A DNA stretch of 64,000 nt. It comes from Macrostomum lignano. Lineage: Eukaryota. The notes beneath the pieces were generated by a model. That model worked only from the letters and a program-made list of their open reading frames with translations. It ran no database searches and was not told the DNA's origin. Positions 12,401-24,515 of the stretch are shown piece by piece (the first letter of the stretch is position 1; each line of letters opens with the position of its first letter). The stretch lies in assembly GCA_002269645.1 (NCBI GenBank), contig NIVC01000175.1, forward strand, positions 773,029 through 837,028. Direction: 5' to 3'. The position numbers and the translations under genes were made by a program.

Positions 12401-15400
12401 GCCACCCCAATGTACACTCTCTCCTAACCAGTCCCTCTCTAGCCCTCGCCACCCTCATCTGCATTAACCATCGCAACTCCAACCCAACCTCTGTGCAGGC
12501 CACCCTATCCGGAATCAGTTTCTCAACGTACATCTCAGACAGTTGGAACAAACTCGATTGTACAGCTGTGGGCTTATTCGTACTTGGCCTCGTACTGAGA
12601 CTAATATCTTTATTAAGTGAATCGCCCGAAACTGTACTCTTGTCCGGTCACGCCTATGACGTCATCCTCACGGACGGATTGTTTGTCGCGGCGAGAATTT
12701 GCTACGCCTTCAGTCTGTTCGCCTTCTGCATCCGACTGATGTACATCTTCAGTTTCCACATTGCCCTGGGACCGAAACTGATCATGATTGGCAAGATGGT
12801 TATTAACGATTTAGTGCCGTTCATGGTGATCTTGCTGGTGTTCATCCTCGGGTACGGGGTGGCGGCCCAGTCTATCGCTTATCCAACTGGATTTTACACG
12901 CCTAATCAGGATTTTAATAAGACATCGCCTAAGAAGATGACTCACACGGAGATTTTTATACACTTTTTAACTAGAGCCTATTTTCAAATGTTTGGCGACT
13001 TTGGATTGGACTCAATTCAGGCTGAGGGTGAGTGCGCCTGCTGGCTACTTGAGTGAGTGGAGAAGAGATTAGACAGGGTGAGATTAGAGAGAAAGATGGT
13101 GAGAATAGAGTAGGTGAGATTAGAGTAATAGAGAGGAGGAGACAGGAGTAGATGAGATTAGAGTAGGTGAGATTATAGCAGGTGAGATTAGAGTAGGTGA
13201 GATTGGAGAGCGAGATGGTGAGATTATAGTAGGTGAGATTATAGCAGGCGAGATTAGAGTAGGTGATATTAGAGAGCGAGAGGGTACAAGGGTGTGATTC
13301 GACAATAATGTAGAGAAAGTGGATGATAATACGTGAGATTTGAGAGCGAGAGGGTGAGATTAGAGTAAGTGAGATTAGAGAGTGTGATAAGTACGCTGGT
13401 ATTTGAGATGAGAGTGAGGCAGCAATCTTAATATCGGTTAAAAATCATAATGAATTCAATTAAATAAAGCAAAAGCATTTTGCTATTATTATTGATTTGC
13501 AGACAGCGGCTGCCTTGATGAGGGCAAGTGTCCCCACTGGACAGCAAAATGGCTACTGCCGATCATGCTCGGTGTCTACGTTCTCTTGACCAACATCCTC
13601 ATGTTTAACCTGTTGATCGCCATGTTCTCCAGCACCTACGAATCGATCAATCAGTTCTCTGCTCTGCACTGGAATTACCAACGGTACAGCATGATCAAGG
13701 AGTACATTGAAAGGTCACCGCTAGCTCCACCGCTGATCATTTTCTGGCATGCTTACGAGCTTGTGTTCTTTATCCAGTTGCGATATCAGGGTCGCAAACT
13801 ATCGGAACTGGAGGACCCGCTGAGAATCAGTTATAAAGACAATGTTAAAAAGGAGCGCGAACTCGTCAAGTGGGAGCACATGAAGGCGATGGACTTTTTG
13901 AGACAGGATCAGGAGTGTCATGGAAAGAAGGTGGGTTTTGATTGGCTGGGCGATGGTGAGTGCTTGGGCAGAGAATCGGAGGATGGGGTGGTGGGTGCTT
14001 GGGCAGAGAATCGGAGGATGGGGTTGTGGGTGTTGGGGCAGAGAATCGGAGGATGGGGTGGTGGGTGCTGGGGCAGGGAATCAGAGGATGGGGTGGTGGG
14101 TACTGGGGCAGAGAATCGGAGGATGGGGTGGTGGGTGCTGGGGCAGGGAATCGGAGGATGGGGTGGTGGGTGCTGGGGCGAGAATCGGAGGGTGGGGTGG
14201 TGGGTGCTAGGGCGAGAATCGGAGGGTTGGGTGGTGGGTGCTGGGGCAGGGAATCGGAGGATGGGGTGGTGGGTTCTGGGGCAGAGAATCAGAGCCTAGT
14301 GGTCTAGCGCGGCGCTCTGATGTGCCAGCGGCCCAGGCTCGATTTCAAGTGCAGTCCCATTAATTTGGTGCTAATTTGGAATCTCGGCTTGGCTCTGCTC
14401 GTGCAATTAAAGTCCTTGAGGGCCAACCCCCAAGGCACAGTGAAGTGTGCATGTCTAACGATAAAATAAAGTCAGGGCCGCTGTACACTCCTGTGTGAGT
14501 GTGTGCCTGTGCGTATGACTGCGTACGTATCCGCGCGCTGGTGTACCTGCTCAGGGGAGCCGGCGGAATGGGCAGAAAATGCCTCTCGCCGGTTGTGTGA
14601 CAATGTCGCTTAAAGTGCGCCAGGGTGCACACAGCCTCTAACTAAACGGGGTGGCGGTTGCTCGGTCGAGAAATCGGTGAATGGGGTGGCAGGTGTTAAA
14701 CCATCTCTACATCTCAGTAAAAAATAACAAAACACAGGGCGGTCGCTCGGACTCAAAGTCTGTCATAGTCAGGACTTCTGGTCCCCAGCTGGGTGCCGGC
14801 GGCCTTCTCCCGGCAGCGGCTGACGTGGCCAAGCAGATGTCGGACGCGACTAGCGGCATCGGGATGGAACTCGAAAAGAAATTCAAAAGCGTAGACACTC
14901 AGCTGACAAAGATTAGCACTGATTTCGATCAGAGATTGACCGACCTGTCAAACACGCTGAATGGATTCAGTGTTGCTGTGCAGGCGCTTCGGGAAGGCCA
15001 GGAGCGGCTGGCCTCGGTGCAGCAGGCGCGAGCAGTGGCCGGGTCGGTAAACACAGCCGAGGCGCAGCAGCAGCAGCTGAACCAACTCGAGCAGCGAGTT
15101 CTGGAAGCCGTCACCACAGCTTATCAGTCAGCCCCGCCAGCCTGGTTCCAGGAAATCGCCAGAACAGCCGCTGCGGAAGCTCTGGCCTCCACTCCGGTGT
15201 CAGTGGGGCAGCTGGACCAGGAGGTGCTGCAGCAGTTGGCTTCGGCCAGCTCCAGCAGCGGCACAGCGGAGAGGCGCTGGCGTCGACGGGGCGCCGCTCC
15301 GGCCAGTTCGGCAGGTGCAGATCCGACCTCCGGCAGCGCTGCTGTTGAAGGCGGCGGATTGCAGGGCTCCAGCCTGACTTCTGCTGCTTCAAAAGCGGCT

Positions 15401-18400
15401 GGTGCGACAACGGCGGGTGTCGCTGAGCCCAGAGGAGCCGCGGCGGCGACAGCAGCAACGGGAGCCACCGCCGCGGAGGAAGGAGACGACGAGGAGGACG
15501 ATTTTGACGACAACGAAGATCTGGAAGAGGACGCGGCCACCATAAGGCCGGTGGTGGACGATCCGGGAACCGGGCGTCTGATTGAATACCGGAGCCTGCA
15601 GCACCGCCTGTGGCGCTACGTGCCGTTCAACTTTGAGCAGTACCCGGGCATGCGGATGAATGTGCCGCCGGACAAGATCCCGTGGGAGGTGAGACTGGGG
15701 AGCCTGGCAGGTTTGGCTGTTTCACCGGCTACATTTACCTGTTTTACCGGTTAGATTTACCTGTTTCACTGGTTAGATTTACCTGTTTCACTGGTTAGAT
15801 TTACCTGTTTCACATAGTTAGATTCACCTGCTTCACTGGTTAGATTTACCTGCTTCACTGGTTAGATTTACCTGTTTCACTGGTTAGATTTACCTGTTTC
15901 ACTGGTTAGATTTACCTGTTTCACTGGTTAGATTCACCTGTTTCACTGGTTAGATTTACCTGTTTCACTGGTTAGATTCACCTGTTTCACTGGTTAGATT
16001 TACCTGCTTCACTGGTTAGATTTACCTGCTTCACTGGTTAGATTTACCTGCTTCACTGGTCAGATTCACCTGTTTCACTGGTTAGATTCACCTGTTTCAC
16101 TGGTTAGATTTACCTGTTTCACTGGTTAGATTCACCTGTTTCACTGGTTAGATTCACCTGCTTCACTGGTTAGATTTACCTGCTTCACTGGTTAGATTTA
16201 CCTGCTTCACTGGTTAGATTCACCTGTTTCACTGGTTAGATTTACCTGTTTCACTGGTTAGATTTACCTGCTTCACTGGTTAGATTTACCTGCTTCACTG
16301 GTTAGATTTACCTGCTTCACTGGTCAGATTCACCTGCTTCACTGGTTAGATTCACCTGTTTCACTGGTTAGATTTACCTGTTTCACTGGTTAGATTCACC
16401 TGTTTCACTGGTTAGATTCACCTGCTTCACTGGTTAGATTTACCTGCTTCACTGGTTAGATTTACCTGCTTCACTGGTTAGATTCACCTGTTTCACTGGT
16501 TAGATTTACCTGTTTCACTGGTTAGATTCACCTGCTTCACTGGTTAGATTTACCTGCTTCACTGGTTAGATTTACCTGTTTCACTGGTTAGATTCACCTG
16601 TTTCACTGGTTAGATTTACCTGCTTCACTGGTTAGATTTACCTGTTTCACTGGTTAGATTTACCTGTTTCACTGGTTAGATTCACCTGTTTCACTGGTTA
16701 GATTTACCTGCTTCACTGGTTAGATTTACCTGCTTCACTGGTTAGATTTACCTGTTTCACTGGTTAGATTCACCTGTTTCACTGGTTAGATTTACCTGTT
16801 TCACTGGTTAGATTTACCTGTTTCACTGGTTAGATTCACCTGTTTCACTGGTTAGATTCACCTGCTTCACTGGTTAGATTTACCTGCTTCACTGGTTAGA
16901 TTCACCTGTTTCACTGGTTAGATTCACCTGTTTCACTGGTTAGATTTACCTGTTTCACTGGTTAGATTCACCTTTTTCACTGGTTAGATTTACCTGCTTC
17001 ACTGGTTAGATTTACCTGTTTCACTGGTTAGATTCACCTGTTTCACTGGTTAGATTCACCTGTTTCACTGGTTAGATTTACCTGTTTCACTGGTTAGATT
17101 CACCTGTTTCACTGGTTAGATTTACCTGCTTCACTGGTTAGATTTACCTGTTTCACTGGTTAGATTCACCTGTTTCACTGGTTAGATTTACCTGTTTCAC
17201 TGGTTAGATTCACCTGTTTCACTGGTTAGATTCACCTGTTTCACTGGTTAGATTTACCTGTTTCACTGGTTAGATTTACCTGTTTCACTGGTTAGATTCA
17301 CCTGTTTCACTGGATAGATTTACCTGTTTCACTGGTTAGATTTACCTGCTTCACTGGTTAGATTTACCTGCTTCACTGGTTAGATTTACCTGCTTCACTG
17401 GTCAGATTCACCTGTTTCACTGGTTAGATTCACCTGTTTCACTGGTTAGATTTACCTGTTTCACTGGTTAGATTCACCTGTTTCACTGGTTAGATTCACC
17501 TGCTTCACTGGTTAGATTTACCTGTTTCACTGGTTAGATTCACCTGTTTCACTGGTTAGATTTACCTGCTTCACTGGTTAGATTCACCTGCTTCACTGGT
17601 TAGATTTACCTGCTTCACTGCTTAGATTTACCTGTTTCGTCCGTCAGATATTCTCGTTTCACCTGTCACATATAATATTTACCCTATTTTTTCTTTTCAA
17701 ATTAGTAGTATATAACAGTATCAAGCCTCATAAATATTAAATTTCAGATTGACTACCGTGATTACTTTGCATTCGATGCGTCTGAAGAGGTGCTTATCTT
17801 TCCTAACGAGGAGAGCTTCGATGGGCCAACAGTGTAAGCATACGAATTAGCATACAATGCCTCATTCTTTTGTAATTATTTAGCTACTAATTAGTCCTTT
17901 TTATTAACAGTTTCGAAAAACTTAATGATACCCGTCACGTGCTTTCATTTTGAGATACATTTAGAAATGTATTTTAATGACTAGATGAACTTTTTTAGGA
18001 AATTTTAAAAGATATTGCAACGAACCCGAACCATAACCCGTTCTCTATCATCACTTTACAATTATACGATAAGCGGAGATAACAGATAACAAATTCAAGT
18101 GCTTTCAATTTTACAAATGCAATTAGTGTAGAGAATTTTAGGCTGTTGTTATAAAGATTTCACAATATTCTCTATAGAGGCTCTTTAATCGATCCATGAA
18201 AAATATAAAAGCCACTCATAAAAATCGCTTCTATACAATATAGAAAATTATAAGAATCCCCTAAAGAATCGCCCACAGACAGCTGAAAAAATCGCCCATA
18301 GACAGTTTCTCCGATCCCATCTTCTCTCCCACCCTCCCAACCTCTCTCCCACCCCTACTCTCCCTCTCTAACACCCTCCCACCCTCTCTCCCACCCTTAC

Positions 18401-21400
18401 TCTCCCTCTCCCACCCCTACTCACTCTCTCCCATCCCAGAGAGCTTACTAAATCGCCCATAGACATTTTGGAAAATCGCCCATAGACAGTTTGGAATATC
18501 GCCCTTAGACAGCTTACAAAATCGCTCATAGACAGTTTGGAAAATCGCCCATAGACAGTTTGGAAAGTCGACTATAGGCAGCTTACAAAATCGCCCATAG
18601 ACAGTTTGAAAAATCGCCCATAGACAGCTTACAAAATCGCCCATAGACAGCTTGGAAAATCGCCCTAACGATGACTTGCAGGCCGCTGCAATCCATCAAC
18701 TTTAACCAGCTGGACAGTCGATCAGGACTCCGTCGGCAGAGCATGATGGGCAGATACCGCTTGGACACGGTGTCCTCTGCCCCCTTGAACCCCATGGGTC
18801 GAACTGGACTGAAGGGCAAGGGCCTGCTGCCTCGCTGGGGACCCAACAATGCCGTGGTGATCGCCATGACTCGATGGAGCCGCGCCCCTTCAGGCGCAGT
18901 CATTCATCGATTGGGTCATCCGATTCTGCAAGTGTTGTCGCTGTTTCGACACAAGCAGTTCTGCCTGCCATGGGTGAGCGGTTTCAAGCTTTCTCGATTA
19001 AACTGAGGGAACTATTTGGAAGCATTACAAAAGCTGGTTGTTAATATGGATACAACTTTGAAAAATCTCATAATTACCCAAAAGAGAAACTAAAATACCC
19101 AAAAATACATAATGACCCTAAAACTACACAATGAGCAGAAGACTACGCAATGACCCCAAAACTATACAATGACCCGAAGACTACGCAATGAACCCAAAAC
19201 TATACAATGACCCTAAAACTATACAATGATCCCAAAACTACACAATGACCCTAAAACTATACAATGACCCCAAAACTATACAATGACCCAAAGACTACGC
19301 AATGAACCCAAAACTACACAATGACCCCAAAACTATACAATGACCCCAAAACTACACAATGACCCAAAAACTACACAATGACCCCAAAACTACACAATGA
19401 CCCCAAAACTACACAATGACCCAAAGACTACGCAATGAACCCAAAACTATACAATGATCCCAAAACTACACAATGACCCCATAACTACACAATGACCCCA
19501 TAACTACACAATGACCCCAAAACTACACAATGAACCAAAAACTGCACCATAATGACCCCAAAACTACAGTGACTCCAATACTGCAAAATCACCCTAAAAC
19601 TACACAATGACCTCAGAACTGATCCCAAAACAATTTATTGACCAAACCCAAACTACACAATGACCCAAAACTATTTAATGCCAACCCAAAACTGCACAAT
19701 GACCCAACTTGTTTTAGTTTCTGACCGATCACTTCGATAACTGCGACTATGACGACTGCGTCCCGGCCCTGCTCAAGAACTTCATCAGCCGGCGACTCAA
19801 ACAGCTGCTGCAGAAGAAAGATGCTAGACAAGAGATCAACGCCATTATGAAGGGGCGGGCTGAACAGGTAGGCGGTGGGGTGAGAGTAGAGTGCGACGAG
19901 CCCGAGACTAGAGATAGCGGTCGTGAGAATAGACAGGATGATTACAGACTCTGATCTCTTGTGAGATAGGAGCCAGAATAGATGTAGAGATCAGAGTGAT
20001 ATTAGATTTAGAGATCGAGTGAGATTTAGATATAGTCGATCAGAGTGAGATTAGATATAGAGATCGAGTGAGATTTAGATATAGTCGATCAGAGTGAGAT
20101 TAGATATAGAGATCAGAGTGAGATTTAGATATAGTCGATCAGAGTGAGATTAGATATAGAGATCGAGTGAGATTTAGATATAGTCGATAAGAGTGAGATT
20201 AGATGTAGAGATCAGAGTGAGATTTAGATATAGTCGATCAGAGTGAGATTAGATATAGTAGATCAGAGTGATATTAGATATAGTAGATCAGAGTGAGATT
20301 AGATATAGTCGATCAGAGTGAGATTAGATATAGTCGATCAGAGTGAGATTAGATATAGTAGATCAGAGTGAGATGAGATATAGTAGATCAGAGTGAGATT
20401 AGATATAGTAGATCAGAGTGAGATTAGATATAGTAGATCAAAGTGAGATTAGATATAGTAGATCAGAGTGAGATTAGATATAGTAGATCAGAGTGAGATT
20501 AGATATAGTAGATCAAAGTGAGATTAGATATAGTAGATCAGAGTGAGATTAGATATAGTAGATCAGAGTGAGATTAGATATAGTAGATCAGAGTGAGATT
20601 AGATATAGTCGATCAGAGTGAGATTAGATATAGTCGATCAGAGTGAGATTATTACATGTACATGTATATATACAGATCAGAGTGAGATTATATAAGAGTA
20701 GATCAGAGTGAGCTTAGCTATAGAGATCTCATGATATATTTTTCCTCACTTCAGGCCCTTAGAAACTCGATGTCAGATGTGGTTAGTAAATGTTAAAGTG
20801 CACGCTATATGAACTAATTATAATGTCTACTTTTTAGTGGCCTGCTTTGCCTGCTCCAGACAAGCATGTTTTGGTTGAGTTCTTGCACAGTCCGATAAAA
20901 ACCAATCGGAGCTACAAAAGTAGGACTCAAAAAAACATTTTTCAGCCCCTAGTAGATCTACCATTTTGCATCTACCATCAGTCAGGATCAGATGGGCATG
21001 AGTGCTCAGCAATGAACAGAGCCATGTTGTGAAAAAACTGCCACGCCAGTTCAACAAAAGCTCAAGCGTTACTGAAGTTCAGATTTCGTATTCATATTTG
21101 TGACATTTATATGTTTGCTTTTGTTCTCTTCAATGTCGCTAAGCAAATATGCATGTTTTGCTGCTCTCATCCCCTTGTCAGGGGGTTGCAAGCAGAGCAG
21201 CTCAACCTCAACCATTAAACCCTCCCTCCAACCCTCCCACCCTCTCTCCCACCCCTCCCACCCCTCCCACCCCTCCCACCCTCTCTCCCACCCCTCCCAC
21301 CCTCTCTTCCACCCCTCCCACCCTCTCTCCCACCCCTCCCACCCTCTCTCCCACCGCTCCCACCCTCTCTCCCACCCTTACTCTCCCTCTCTCCCACCCC

Positions 21401-24400
21401 TACTCTCCATGTCTCCCACCCCCACTCTCCCTCTCTCCCACCCCTACTCTCCATGTCTCCCACCCCCACTCTCCCTCTCTCCCACCCCTACTCTCTATGT
21501 CTCCCACCCCCACTCTCCCACCCCTACTCTCCATGTCTCCCACCCCCACTCTCCCTCTCTCCCACCCCTACTCTCCATGTCTCCCACCCCCACTCTCCCA
21601 CCCCTCCCACCCTCTCTCCCACCCCTCCCACTACTCTCCCTCTCTCCTACCCCTACTCTCCCTCTTTCCCACCCCTACCCTCCCTCTCTCTCTCAACCCT
21701 ACTCCCTCTTTCTCTCTCTCTTTCTCTCCCACCCGTAAAAAATATAAATTATCGTAATTAACTCTCCGGTTTCCAATCCAGATTTTCAAAGGCTACATGG
21801 ACGACCATCTGAACGCGGACAACGCCTGGATTGAAGCCGTCGTGATCAACGTGCACGAGTCTGACAACTGGAAGTTCTCTGACGCCATGCTCAAGGTGAG
21901 GCAGATACAGATGAGCGAGACGGGGAGTGACACAAGGGGTGATGCAGGGGTGATACACGGACTGATTAACTAAGGAGTGACATATGAACTAGTGCCAGTG
22001 GCAGGGACACAGGGAGTGACACAGGGAGTGACACTAGAAGTGACACTAGGAGTGACACAGGGAGTGACACGGAGTGACACATGGAGTGACACTAGGAGTG
22101 AGACAGGGAGTGACACTAGGAGTGACACAGGGAGTGACACAGGGAGTGACACATGGAGTGACACGTGGAGTGACACTAGGAGTGACATTAGGAGTGACAC
22201 AAGGAGTGACACAGGGAGTGACACTACGAGTGACACAGGGAGTGACACTACGAGTGACACAGGGAGTGACACAGGGAGTGACACGGGGAGTGACACTAGG
22301 AGTGAGACAGGGAGTGACACTAGGAGTGACACAGGGAGTGACACAGGGAGTGACACATGGAGTGACACGTGGAGTGACACTAGGAGTGACACAGGGAGTG
22401 ACACAGGGAGTGACACTAGAAGTGACACTAGGAGTGACATTAGGAGTGACACTACGAGTGACACAGGGAGTGACACTAGGAGTGACACAGGGAGTGACAC
22501 AGGGAGTGACACTAGGAGTGACACTAGGAGTGACATTAGGAGTGACACAAGGAGTGACACAGGGAGTGACACTACGAGTGACACAGGGAGTGACACTACG
22601 AGTGACACAGGGAGTGACACAGGGAGTGACACGGGGAGTGACACAGGGAGTGACACAGGGAGTGACACTAGGAGTGACACAGGGAGTGACACAGGAAGTG
22701 GTTGCAGTTGCACTATACAAAGTAAGCCATACAAGCGCGGTCAGGTTGTCTGTTTGATTTTTAATACTCGATTAAAAAAGCCTTGCAAATGTCCTAATTA
22801 GTGATTGACTAAAGACTTTCCTAATTAGTTTTTAGCTTTACTTTCTTCATAAGCCTTTTCATTTGCAAAATTTATTTATTACGCTGCAGATCTTTAGCGT
22901 TTTTGGGAAATAATTAACTTTTTTAATCTCTTTGAGTCCGCAACTCTTTTTTGAATTTGCATTTGTCAAAAATTGAACTTTCAAAGTGGAACTATCAGCT
23001 CATTAGGCGGTTTGAATAAGAAGGTGAAAAAATCTCGGCAAAAAACTACAGCCTTGAAAGTTCAATGCCCCCGAAAAGTTTTCTCGTCTCTGGCAAGACT
23101 TTCTCGCGCGAATTTTCAAATGGGAAATAATGCTGTCTATGGGCCAACCATCCCGGCCGTGAAATGAGTGCTTTTTTCTCTCTGTTGATTGGTACCCGAA
23201 TTGCAGGAATAGTCCTTTTTGCGGCCTAGTTGGTACTGCAAGCGTTCAATTTAATCATAGATACGGAAATCTGACTTGCGAGACTGAAAATTTTCTGTCC
23301 ATGGTCGACACTCGCTGGCATAGCGGAGTTCAATTTAATCTTGGGGGCATCAATTTGATCATTCTATGCATACAATGCACATTTTTACTGTCATGGTAAC
23401 TTGTTTTTAGCTTGTCTTTTACATCATATGATCCTTGGAGAGACTATGATGGCATCCAGGTTCCAGAAGTTCAGGTGCAAAGTGTGAAGAGTCGTGATGT
23501 ACTTGATGGCGAGGAGTTCTGTGTGATCATGAATGGAGCCCGTTTTCATCATGGAGTGACAATCCCAGATCAATTTCAGCCCGCTTGGTGCCTGGTGACA
23601 TTGCCTCCTTACTCGCAGTTCCTCAATCCTGTGGAGAACGCGCACGCCTGTCTGAAGGCAGCCAAAAGCCAGCTGGCTCAACCACAACTGCAAGAAGAGC
23701 TGGACACTCCGCCTGATGGTCATTCGCTACGAGAGTGGAGAATCCTTGTCCTACAGAGGGTTGCAGAGGACGCAACCCGTGAAGTGACCGTTGCAAAACG
23801 CGGAGGCTGGTACCGGCAGATGCTGAGGTTTATTCCAGCCTGCATCGCTGGACAGCCAGTCAATCTAAACATTTTTTGACTCGACAACACAGGATATCTA
23901 ACGTTATTTGATTAGAATGATCAAATTGATGCCCCCAGGATTAAATTGAACTCCGCTATGCCAGCGAGTGTCGACCATGGACAGAAAATTTTCAGTCTCG
24001 CAAGTCAGATTTCCGTATCTATGATTAAATTGAACGCTTGCAGTACCAAGGCAGCAAAAAGGAATAATACCCATGGAATTCCTATCGCTTGAATTCTTGT
24101 AAAAATATACCAATATTGATGGGCTGCAGAGGGCAGAAACTAGCTATAGCGCCGAGGCGCGAAGCAACTACGCTAAGCATAGTTAGCCTAGGCGTGTTGA
24201 AACGGGCTGAAACGCACAGGTATCTAGTTAATGTTGCTACAACTTGTAAATTTTAAAAGTAAAGCTTAGTGCTGCTTAATACACCTTTTCACGTTTAATT
24301 TCGATCAAAGTCCAGTTCTTAAAAAACTAGTTGAAATTCAATTCAGACAATTCAGACTGGGACAATGCTTACGGAAAATCGATAAAAACAAACCCCAATT

Positions 24401-24477
24401 CAAAAAATTAAGGTTTAGCCATAGACAAAATTGTCCTCAATTTATATATATATTTATATTTATATATTTCACGCATC

Positions 24478-24515
<38 letters not shown>

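Noticed and set aside
15715-17640. Regular short repeats resembling a CRISPR array (also 34425-36073 and 44575-45665)
   Set aside because: Head-to-tail units with no unique spacers, no cas genes, eukaryotic intronic or intergenic context.
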